Shown here piece by piece: positions 38,311-48,460 of a DNA stretch of 64,000 bases. The stretch spans positions 5,704,001-5,768,000 of the forward strand of contig OU015567.1 in the NCBI GenBank assembly GCA_907165135.1, given 5' to 3'. Source of the DNA: Oikopleura dioica. Its lineage: Eukaryota > Animalia > Chordata. The translations under genes and the position numbers were made by a program. Each line of letters starts with the position of its first letter. The stretch's first letter is position 1. Below the pieces are notes generated by a model. That model was not told where the DNA came from. It saw only the letters and a list, made by a program, of their open reading frames with translations, and made no database searches.

Positions 38311-39407
38311 GAAGTTTCTTCTCCCTCGACCCGAGCAGCTCTGTAAATTCTATCGGGATTATCGGGGCAAGCTGTTTTCATGTGGCCTTTTTTCTGACAA
38401 AAATGACAGGTAATAAAGGGGCAATGCGATCTAAAATGAGTGTCTGTGTTACAAAATCCACAAAATCGTCGAGGCCTTGGCCGATCCGGGTTTGGCGCGC
38501 CCAAATTTCGACTTTGAAAATTCCGTTGCTGGTTATTTTGACGCGTCAAACTCTGATCGTTGCGGCGATCAACTTCTAATTTTGCAATTGTTGCCGTTAG
38601 TTTTTCAATTTGATCATGAAGCGCACTCGCCCGCTTTTCCGCCGCCTCTTCTGATTTTTTCTGTTCAATTTTCAATTGAGAAATTTGATCCTCAAAGGAC
38701 ATTGTCGATTTTGAAATTAAGTCGGAAGTCGACTGGAAAAACGAGCCAAGTTTCGCGTCAATTTCGATTTGGGCAATTTTGGGGATAGTCTCATTTCGTT
38801 TTCTTTTGTCAAGAAATTTGGATATTTCCTCGGGTGTTTTTTCAAGCATACACTGATCGCGAAGAAAATTCTGCAGTTCAGGCGTGAGCGATTTTCTAAA
38901 TTGCGCGTCGATAATGTATTCTCTCGCGTCCGGTTTCTGCGTAATTTTCTCCGCGACAGTTTTAACACGTGACAAAAATATCTCGAATTTTTCATTGTTC
39001 TCGCTCTTTCGGGTGAGATTTTCCATTTTTTCTTTGTTTCGAAGGATCTTTTCCTCGGGCGATTCGTCGCCAAAAACAGACGTCAAAAAAGACAATTTTT
39101 CCTCAGCTGATTCAAATCCATAAAGATCTTCCCCGTATTCCCTAAGAAATTCCGGCTCGCATGAATTATAAACAAAAGAGCTTGAAAGGCGCGAAAATTG
39201 AGCCTCGAGGTCCTCTTTGTTTTCGGGTTTATTTTCCGCCAGAGATTTTTCAAAAATCCATTTTGCACGCTGTAATTTGTCTTTAATTGTAGAATTAATC
39301 AAATTGAATTCGAAATTTCTCATTCCTAATCTAATCATCTGATTTGGGGAAACCGAAAAAAGCGCATGACTCTTGTACAGTACCTCTTCAGGAGTTGGGG
39401 TCACCAT
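38298..39407 (-). CDS. gag: Gag with two CCHC zinc knuckles
   Basis: CGFCNTDTHFRSHC and CHFCQKKGHMKTAC; 369-aa ORF from the ATG at the LTR edge. Confidence 0.93.
   Translation of the reverse strand: MVTPTPEEVLYKSHALFSVSPNQMIRLGMRNFEFNLINSTIKDKLQRAKWIFEKSLAENKPENKEDLEAQFSRLSSSFVYNSCEPEFLREYGEDLYGFESAEEKLSFLTSVFGDESPEEKILRNKEKMENLTRKSENNEKFEIFLSRVKTVAEKITQKPDAREYIIDAQFRKSLTPELQNFLRDQCMLEKTPEEISKFLDKRKRNETIPKIAQIEIDAKLGSFFQSTSDLISKSTMSFEDQISQLKIEQKKSEEAAEKRASALHDQIEKLTATIAKLEVDRRNDQSLTRQNNQQRNFQSRNLGAPNPDRPRPRRFCGFCNTDTHFRSHCPFITCHFCQKKGHMKTACPDNPDRIYRAARVEGEETSKNE
39397..39406 (-). promoter_or_regulatory. Primer-binding site, probably tRNA-Trp
   Basis: TGGTGACCCC directly after the 5' LTR; matches the recalled 3' end of eukaryotic tRNA-Trp. 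Confidence 0.75.
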
Positions 39408-40603
39408 GATACGGAAGCGGCTGTCCTGCAAGAATTTTGCTCGATCTCTAACTCTAGAATGCCAAGCCAAAATAACGAGAATCAAATTTTAAATTTGCGT
39501 GGTTTTATTTGTGATTTGAATGACGGAAAAAGGCGCGACGCGGGGTTAAATAGCAGCGAGATTCGATCAGTGTTTTTGAGCAAGCGGTTGTTTTTGAAAA
39601 ACAATTTTTCTATCGAAAACAAGGAAGAGAGCCCGCGGCTTCTTTTAGCGGTTTTTCTTGCGGGAAATCCTTTCGGATCGATTTCTTTTCGGAAGAGGAG
39701 CTGGTCGAACTTGCCAAGCAAGTTATTTTCAAAGGTTTCGGGAGCCGGCGCCGCGCGTGACGAGATAAAACGCAAATTAATTATTATTTTTTATAATAAA
39801 AGCAGAAAATAATAACAGCCACTTAAACTTCTCACTATGTGACCGTAGAAGTGACTGTTAATTATGATTGAAATAAATAAAGGATGAGAAAAGTAAAAGA
39901 ATATATACAAAATTTTAACAAATAAATTGAATAAAATTTGGTCAGGATTTTATAAAATAAATTTATCAAAATTGAAATCATAGAAGAAGCAAATTCCAAG
40001 GAACATACCCGGGGGAAGTTACTGTCGCGGTTCGCACCGTATCTTCTCTTACGGATGAGCTAGTTTGCGACAAGCGGACGCACTGACAGAGAGTTTGTCC
40101 GACCCCACGGCACCGAGATGATACGACGGTTTATCTGCTCGTTGGAGTTGTTGTTGTTGAAGAAGGTGTTGACGGCTATTCTGTTGTAGACTTTGAATCG
40201 TATGTACTGTCAATAATCGAACTTTAAAATCGCAAAGCAATGATAAGAAATATCAATAAATAGATTAAACATGCGGTTTTGCGAATTGCATATTTTTGAT
40301 GAATTGACGTCAGATCGCATTATGATGAGAGCATATGAGCATTCCAATGATAGAACGTATAGATCGTAAGGAGATGACATGATGATAAGACAATTTTGGG
40401 TCAATCTGGCTCGTTAAAACTGACCATCTTTTCATTTTAAGTAGAATATCGTGAAATGATTTTTGCAAATATGTCTGATCAATTTGGTGATACCAAGCTG
40501 ACAAGACAAATTTAAACTAGCGTAGAACCGAATTGGCGTAAATATTTGGCCGTGAAATAAAAATTTTTTATTTGGCTTGAGGCGTTGTTCCCTAAGGATA
40601 TCA
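39407..40603 (-). repeat. 5' LTR (1197 bp)
   Basis: Direct repeat of 32592-33793. Confidence 0.96.
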
Positions 40604-43579
40604 CATGATGGAGCATCTCACACCGTTGAAGCAAATGAGAATATCTCCAGCACGAAGACCAGCTTTATCTGCTAACGACCCCGGGACAACCTCGCTGATG
40701 TGGATTCCTGCTTCGCTATTTTCGCTGAGCCTGAATCCAATTCTACCCTTAATGTTCTTCACATCTTTGATGAAGATTGTTTTCTCGTCATATTCTTCTC
40801 GCGTATCCCTTGTCTCCACGGACGAAGTGATGCTTCTCGGAGGCTTTCGAGCTGCAGAAGGAATAATTTTTGGATGTTTTTTCTTCATCGAAATCGGCTT
40901 CTTTTTTGATTTAGATGGCGATGGTGACTTCTCTGGTGATCGTAATTTGGTGAGCTTCGACATGCTAGCTGTTGGCGATCTATTTCTTCTCCGAGGAGGA
41001 CTTTGCGGTCGACGAACTTCCTCATCCTCGCTCGAGTTCAAGAAGCTCATGCTAGCTGTTGGCGATCTATTTCTTCTCCGAGGACGACTTTGCGGTCGAC
41101 GAACTTCCTCATCCTCGCTCGAGTTCAAGAAGCTAGAAAGATCAGCATCTGGTGGCATCGCTGGAGGTGTTAGATTCTTGCTGCACGTTGGTTCGTCATG
41201 CCTCAATTTCGCACTCTTTTCTTTCATTGCTTTCTTTTCACTTTGCTTCATCTTTCCGACGCCTCTTATTGGACTGTCATTATCAAATGCAGAAGACAAG
41301 TCCGAAATCTCGCTCAGGGCATCTCTTCCTGGACGACGAGGAATGGTGTTATCCACAGCTGGCTTAAGAATCGTCGGCTTTGACGCGCTTTTCTTAGGCG
41401 TTATATTTTCCTTCTCGTGCTTGCTCCTTTTCGCTGCGTGATCTTTCGTGCTTGCTTCGCCCTGCGCGTCCTTTTCAGGAGTCTGAAGCTTTCTCTTGTT
41501 TGAGGTGGGAAACATAAATTCGCGAACGTCCTCTCTGTCAATTGGCGCGGGTGGGAATTGATCATGTTCAGGCGATAGTGCTTGACGATCCTCCGCAGAT
41601 TCATCGAACAAAGCTTGCTGCGACCAGTTATTAGCTGACTCCTGCTCTTCTCGTGGCTGCGAGCGTTCATGACTTTGCGATTTTGAAGCTTTAGATTTCG
41701 AAGGTCCCGGATTTTCTTTTGCAGGCTTTTCCGCTACTGGAAGAAGCTTTTTGAAACGGCTTGATGATCCTGGAACGGGCTTCGAAAAATCCACCTTCGG
41801 TACTTTTGGCTCCCAAGAAGTCGCATTTTCAAGTTCTCGATGCAAGGGATCGCTCGAATCTCGTGCTCGGTATGTTCTTGAACTAAAAGCCCTCGCGAAT
41901 TCCAGACGTCTACTAATACCGCTAGCTTGTAATTTTCGAAGGGCTCTAGCCAAAGATTTATTCAACTCGTCGCGCGTTGGTTTTGCTCTCGATCTCGGCA
42001 TTTTTCTGTTAACTCTTTTTGAGAAAAATTCGCATTCGGTACTTTTGGCTCCCAAGAAGTCGCATTTTCGAGTTCTCGATTCAAGGGATCGCTCGAATCT
42101 CGTGCTCGGTTTCTTCTTGAAATAAAAGCCCTCGCCAATTCCAGACGTCCACTAATACCGCCAGCTTGTAATTTTCGACAGGCTTTAGCCACCGATTCTT
42201 TGACCTCATCACGCGTTGGTTTTGCTCTCGATCTCGGCATTTTTCTGTTAACTCTTTTTTGCTGTTTAGCCTGATCTATTTCAGCATTCCTCGTCGGCGA
42301 TTTGAGCTTCGCAAAGTAATCGTCATCTAAATCCTCGTCGAAAGTCTTCTGCGTGGCTGAGGCTTGCTCCAAGGTTGGAGAAGTGGGAGGCGTAAAATAT
42401 TTTTCATTAGTCCCTTGTGACTCTTCTTGAGGTTGAAGTTGAATTGCTGATGTTGACTCTTGTCGATTTTGAGTTGCTTGGGTTGACTGTTGTGAGTCGA
42501 GAGCAAGCGCTGTGTGGTTTAAAAGATCGCCCACTCGCTGGGTCTGGTTTATCCCTTCTTGTGACTTCTTCTTTCTTTCTTCTTGAGACTCTTCGGCGCA
42601 TAAGTTCAGCGCATCGTGAGTTCTCCTTTTTCTCCCTTCAGTCTCTCGTAGCGTCTCTCCAGAAGTCTGTGACCAGAAATCTTTCATTTCGACCTTTTTC
42701 GATCTCCCTGTCGTATCTCCCGAGGACGCCATGAATATTTCCGGGGTATCCATCGATTCTTCCTGATTTTCATTGAAGAGGCGTCGACGAAGCTTTCTCG
42801 GGGGCTGTGGAGGTGAAGCGGGTGCTGATTGATCAGTATTACTGGGCGATTTCGGTCGACTCTTTTCAGGCGTTTTGTAGACGGAGGAGCCTTGAGAAGA
42901 GTTGGCTTCTTCTTCGTCTTGCTGGGAAATCTGCGCAGTGTCCATTGGCTGCAGCTCATCATCGAAAAGTTCTCCGCTGACGGAGAGGGAGATCTCTGGA
43001 TCCGAAGGCACCTCATTATCGAAAAGTTCTCCGCTGACTGAGAGGGAGATCTCTGGATCCGAAGGCACGTCATCATTGAGTAGTTCTTCTTGACTAGTTC
43101 TTTGAGAAAACTCAGCAGCTCGCTCCATCATCTCATATCGGCTCAGTTGAGAAGGTTGAGTTTCCTGAGTTTCCCGGCCATCGGTGCTCTTCTGAGATTG
43201 GAGAAGCTCCGCTAACGGTATTCGAGGGGGGAATCTCAGTTGATTCCTTTGGAGAACTTGTCTTTCGTTGGGGAATCGGCGCTATAATTCGAGTTTATTT
43301 TCAATATTTATTTGATCGCTTACTTGGCTCGGGATCAAGATTTGGGGCCACCTTTGAGTTGGATGATTTGTTAGAAGTCTTCTCCGGCGATTTGAAGTGG
43401 GGTGAAGGCTGCGAAAACTCAGCAGCTCGTTCCAGCGGGGGGATATCTACGCGGAATTGCATGAAAATACGTCAGCTGGCTTTAATTTTACCTATTTCTG
43501 AAGATTCACCCTGGTCAATGAGACGCTCTCCCGAATTATCATCCGACGAAGGGGATTCGTCACTCTCTTTTCGTTTCAT
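40604..43579 (-). CDS. 5' part of PDZ + CTCF-like gene: SQ/TQ-rich disordered region and most of a PDZ domain
   Basis: ORFs 41962-43131 and 40601-42055; GRIGFRL...IHISEVVPGSLADKAGLRAGDILICFNG PDZ motif continues in frame across the TSD; 1-nt shift at an A-run near 42016-42020. Confidence 0.75.
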
Positions 43580-43792
43580 TCTCAATCCGATAGCGCACTG
43601 TCTGAACAAAAAATATGGGATCCTTTCTCTACTCGATTCTCGAAAAATGAGTATTTTCAAATGATGCTCCGACTCGCCTTGATCGCAGTCTCTCGATCAG
43701 ATAAAAAATGATCGTTTAGACATGGACGAATCAAAGAGTAGAAAGAAAGAAAGATGTTTTTGGACATTCAAATTGGCAGTAATCGGTTTTTT

Positions 43793-44420
43793 TTAAAAAG
43801 AAGGACTCGTTGCTTGAAACTCCTTGAGGCTCTTTCCCATTTGCTCCGCGCGAAATATCACTTCCGCTTCTTCATCCAACGCCGGTTTTCGCCATTTTCG
43901 ATGATCTATGTCCGCCAGTCCGCCGAGAATCTCTCGCATAAAATAAGGAGGGAAGCGTTCGCTATTCTCGACGATGTGAGCGAATCCTCCGCCACCGCCA
44001 AATTCGACGGCAATATGACCTAAAATCAATTCACCTTTGTTTCTCATCATTTTCTCACCTTATTGATGGGGAACTTTTTTGAAGAGATCTTTGAGGCCTC
44101 CTCTTTTGATGATGTTCATTGATGCCGCCTTCATCAGCGCCATATCCGAAGCTAAAAAAATACCTTGAAGACATGGAAGACTATCATGAAACTAACCCAT
44201 TCCTCCATCGTCATTCTTTTCATCACGAAGAAGAGCAGAAAAAACAGACTCGCGTTTCTGGTTACTTGGACGGATTGGACCACGGGCATCGTATTATTGA
44301 ACGACGATTGTGTTTTCATCTGGTAATTCGTCGATTTCTTTTTGAATTTTCGCAGCGTTTTCTTTGTTGCCTTTGAGATCGGCACGCATCAGCATTCCAG
44401 TGAGTTTGTTTCTGATTTCT
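43793..44420 (-). pseudogene. CWF19L2: CWF19L2 fragments with large internal deletion
   Basis: RNKLTGMLMRADLKGN and HIAVEFGGGGGFAHIVENSERFPPYFMREILGGLADIDHRKWRK; stops and frameshifts. Confidence 0.75.
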
Positions 44421-44574
44421 TTGATTTCAGCAGCAGCTAAATATTAGATAGATTATACAGTATAAATTATATAGTATAATTTATACAGTATAATTATACT
44501 CCAATAAGAGTGACTTACATTTGCCCTCATGCTTGAATCTTTTCTTAGGCCTACTTTCAGGCTCAACTTCTGCC

Positions 44575-45745
44575 TCTCACTCCGCCGGTTGACGTAAAGA
44601 ATAGCGAGCTCGGTAAAGATGCCCATGTAAGCGCGATCGAGGCCAAGGGCGCCTTCAATCATAGTGATGAGTTCCTCAAAGAATCCACGATCCTGATAAT
44701 AGCTCATAAGATCGTCGAGTTCGTCAGTGAGGAGAGTAGAAGCAAGAAGGATTATCAGCCTTGATGAAGGAATCGATCGATCGAGATTCTTGACATTGTT
44801 GATCAAGACTTCCATAGCAGAAGTCGTGGCGTCGAACTTCTTGAAGATGGCGAATGCTTCTTCGTAGAGCTCATAGTTGATGCAGATTTCGGCGATGTTT
44901 GGAGCATCGTAGTTGTCAAGTCGAGAGATTTAGTTCATGACGCGGGTAGTATCAGCCTTGACAGCAGTGAGGATGAGCAAGTTCTGCAAGTTTCGATGAT
45001 CGGAGAAGACGGAGTTCTCGAGAACGACCTTTTCCAAAAGCTCGATCAACTCGTTTGGTAAGTCAGCTTCCATGAAAATCTTTTTAGCCACAGAGATTCC
45101 ATCAGGATCCTGAGCCTCACCGAGAGTGGTCTGGACAACCTGATCGATGACAGATCGTCTGTGTGGGTTATCGTCAACAAGAACCTTAGCCCATAGCTCA
45201 GAGTCTTTTCTTTGGACAAGGTTTCGCGCTTCGTTCTTGAATAATGAGTTTTCGTTGCAGACCTTGATGAGTTCGTCGTCGCACATTCCACGCTCGTACG
45301 GAATACATGCGAGATGAGGATCTTGCTTTTCGCAGTATTTACCGACAACAGCGGGTTCTCCCGAAGGAATCGCTCAGGGTTGTTGGCATCAATGTAGATC
45401 TTGGCCAAAGCATTGTGGGTGGCGGGTTCTTGGCAGTCTTCAGCTATTCGCGACTCTAGCCACGGGAGAAGGAGCTAGGACAACCATGATGAGGCTCTTG
45501 ATCACATCTGGCTCGCAGTCGACATCCAAAAGCCCACCAATGACCTTCAGTCGAGATGGGTTAACTTTCTGGACGTAGATCTCGATGTATTTCTGGAGAT
45601 TATTTCTGTAAAGATGGAGAGCCTACTCGTGGACGAAGTCTAATCGATCGCAGACGATTATCAAAGGAATTGGTCCCACATTTTCTGCTCTTTCAAGAAG
45701 TTCTTGACTTTTTCTGGCTCGTAGCAGTTCGATTCTCGGCAGATT
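44575..45745 (-). pseudogene. CLTC: Clathrin heavy chain internal fragment with several deletions
   Basis: [76 protein letters not shown]; TAG/TAA stops, frameshifts. Confidence 0.93.
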
Positions 45746-46073
45746 CGCTCGACTTCCCGTGTCCTCAAACTCTTTAAAAATCGCCTTGAAGTTGTTCCAT
45801 AAGTTGAAAGTCGATTAGATTGTCTGCTGGATTTTCTGGCTCCACTTCGTTCGAGCGATCCAGGATTTCTGAGTACTCGATTTCGCTCATTTCATCATGA
45901 GTCGGATTTGTCGAAGCCATCAACAATTCTAACAAGAGCAGTTTTTTTAGTTGAATTCGCTTTAATTTTGGTTACGGAAAAATCATCTTGAAGAAGTTTT
46001 ACAAGAGGTATTTACAGCAGTAGAGTTAGTTCGGAATTGATTACAAGTTTTTTGGAAAGAAGAAGTACAGATT

Positions 46074-46667
46074 CTAAATTTGATTAAATTGTTCTGAGCG
46101 GCGGGGAGGAGGCCTATTCGGCATTTTCACTTGACTCTGCTGCGTTTTTCGCGTCTTTGCGCTGGGCTGGAGGATCGGCCGCCAGAACTCGCCACGGTAC
46201 GCGGCGACAAAGTATGTTAGTGAGCCTAGAAAGGTTTAAACCTCGCGTTTACTGTGTTTTAAGTTGTATTTGTACCTAAAGCCAAGCAAACAGCCGGCAG
46301 TAGAGTGGGCAGAGATGGACTAGAAACACCAGCAATGAGCAAATAGATCGCGAATCGAAAGTAATAGGACGTGGCGACTGGACCCAGCTTGGAAACAATT
46401 TGAGTGACGTTTTTGTGCAAAGGGCGTTCTTGAACCCGGCCTCTTTTTCTCGCTGGACGGGACCATTCGACGAAGCTGACCAAAAGGCACAAAATGCCGC
46501 CGACAAGCGCGAAAGGCCATCGAGGGAAAAGCCCTAGAAGTGTTTTATAAAAATTCTTCTTAGCAAGCTCAATCACCTGCAACAGCGATTATGGCACCAA
46601 CAATCATGAAAATAGAAGCAAAGAGGGTTTGTTCATTCGCCCAAAGTCCGAATTCGATCTCGCGCAT
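46074..46667 (-). CDS. CYBA: Cytochrome b-245 light chain (p22phox), 3 exons
   Basis: MREIEFGLWANEQ...LGPVATSYYFRFAIY...AAYRGEFWRP...PNRPPPRR. Confidence 0.88.
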
Positions 46668-46750
46668 TTTAAATTAATCTAAATTTGAAAATCGTCATGA
46701 TTTAGAAAAAATAATTTCTTGAAAGAATGAAAATCTTAAAAAAATAAGTG

Positions 46751-48316
46751 CTAGTTGAGGAAGGCGGCTTGAAGGTTTGCAGGCGCGGTTTCGAGCAAAT
46801 CGAAGAGTTCCTTGATGATGGCTTTTTCCGCGTCGAGGAGGAAGAAGAGGGCAGTATTGAATCTTGGCACGCGGGCAACGGCGGAGAGGAAATCTATCGC
46901 GAAGGAGATCGGCTCTCTTCCGGACCCACTCTGAAGATAGTAGTTGAAGCCAAAAAGCTCATAAGAAAAGCGAACCTTGACAAGATGGAGCAAGGTGGTG
47001 CAAATCTCGACGAGAAATTTCGGCAGCTGCGGGGCGAAGAAAGCAGCTAGCATTTGAGACTCGCCGATTTTCAAGTACTTGGCTTTGTTTTTGAACGTTT
47101 TGATGCTTCTCCAGTCTCGCTCGAGTTCGAACGAGTTTTTCGGCGCTTGGTAGTTGAATGCTTCCTCTGAACATTTTTTGCTTAAATTCATCACTTTTAT
47201 CGGCGCTGTTTATTACCTGTTTCTTCTGCTTCATTTTCATCGAGTAGATCAACAGGTTCTTTTGTCGATTCTTGAGATTTGCTTCGATTAGTTTCCTCAT
47301 CTTTTTTCGCCTCTGGTTTCTCAACTTCCTCGTTTTCTTCCTTAATTTTTTCCGCGACCTCTTCATTAGCTTCTGGCTCTTCCGCTAGTTTTGGCGAGTT
47401 TTTCTCGGCGATTTCGACTGCTTCAAATTTGATCTTTGAGGCGTTTTTCGGCCGCTCCAGTGTCCAAGCTACTTTCGTTTTCAGCCTGTTGTTGATCTTT
47501 TCCAGCGTTTTCTTGGCTTCTCCGTTCTTCGGGTTCATTCTCAGCACTGCTTTGAAGTCTTGAACTGCTCCTTCCAGCTTGCCCAGCTCGTTGCGGCATT
47601 GAGCTCTGAATCAGTTGATTTGCGAGATTCATGAAGACTTCTAGCTACCGTCTAAATAGCGCCTTTTCATAGGAAGCGTCGTGCTTGAGCGCTCTGGTGC
47701 AGTCTTCTTCTGCTTCTCGGTACTTCTTGACTTTCATGTAAGCCATCGCCCGATTGGCTAGAATTTCAATAGAAAGAAGCCAGCAAAGAAGCCTACCAGC
47801 AAAAATGGCGTTCGAGACGTCCAACGAGAGCGACATAGTATAAGACTCGATGGCCTTTTCGAACTCGCCAGCTTTGAAGTGCGCGTTTCCCTCGTTTTTG
47901 TACTCTTCAGCCAGTTGTAGGCGCTCTTCCTCTTCGTCATCTTCCTAGAAATAGAGCTTTCAAAAGTACGAAAAAGAGTGAATTTACGTTTTCTTCCCCC
48001 GCTGATTCGATTTCGGAGCCGTCTGAGTCCACCCTGACGACGTGTTTCTTTCTCTGGCGCTTGTTTCTCAACTGCTGGACGACTTTGGCGCCCTTCTGAG
48101 ACTGTCTCTTGAGCTTTTCGTCGGTCTTCTGGATGTCGCCCGTCCAATTGGCTCAAGCTGGCTGCCTAAAACGGAAACTCGCAGTTGCAAATTGACAAAG
48201 CAATAAATTGAGCAACCAAAATCGAGTAATTCGAGAGCCAGGCCTAGATCGGCAAATAGATCCTGCGTGTCCTTCGCGTTTCGCTGCATTTGAAGAGGCA
48301 GCATCGCTGGATTCAT
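46751..48316 (-). CDS. RPAP3: RNA polymerase II-associated protein 3 (TPR + RPAP3_C)
   Basis: LQMQRNAKDTQDLFADL, TPR (YKNEGNAHFKAG, NRAMAYMK), PKNSFELERDWR C-terminal domain. Confidence 0.85.
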
Positions 48317-48460
48317 TTTCAAATATCCGATTTCTTAAAATTCATACATTTTTAAGCGAAATCACAGAAGGTAGTTTTTTTATCAGTTTTGAATGAAGAA
48401 AGTACGGTTGTTTTTTCAATTAGTTGACGCATTTTTAAGGAAATTTTTAACCTTATATTT

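Larger units (their letters stand above)
32592..40603 (-). mobile_element. Full-length Ty3/Gypsy (Tor-like) LTR retrotransposon, 8012 bp
   Basis: Two ~1.2-kb LTRs (TGATA...TATCA), 5-bp TSD CATGA (32587-32591, 40604-40608), PBS, gag, PR-RT-RH-IN order. Confidence 0.97.

Noticed and set aside
40605-41441. 278-aa plus-strand ORF
   Set aside because: Antisense shadow of the K/S/E-rich minus-strand CDS, hydrophobic because of codon complementarity
20260-45745. Recurrent in-frame TAG at sense positions suggesting stop-codon reassignment
   Set aside because: The same fragments also have TAA stops, frameshifts and deletions, and intact genes use TAG as a terminator (CYBA, RPAP3); ordinary pseudogene decay explains it
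20022-45760. Helitron or Pack-MULE as carrier of the gene fragments
   Set aside because: I found no TC...CTRR termini with hairpin at an A|T site, and no TIR/TSD pair enclosing the mosaic; not excluded, but unsupported
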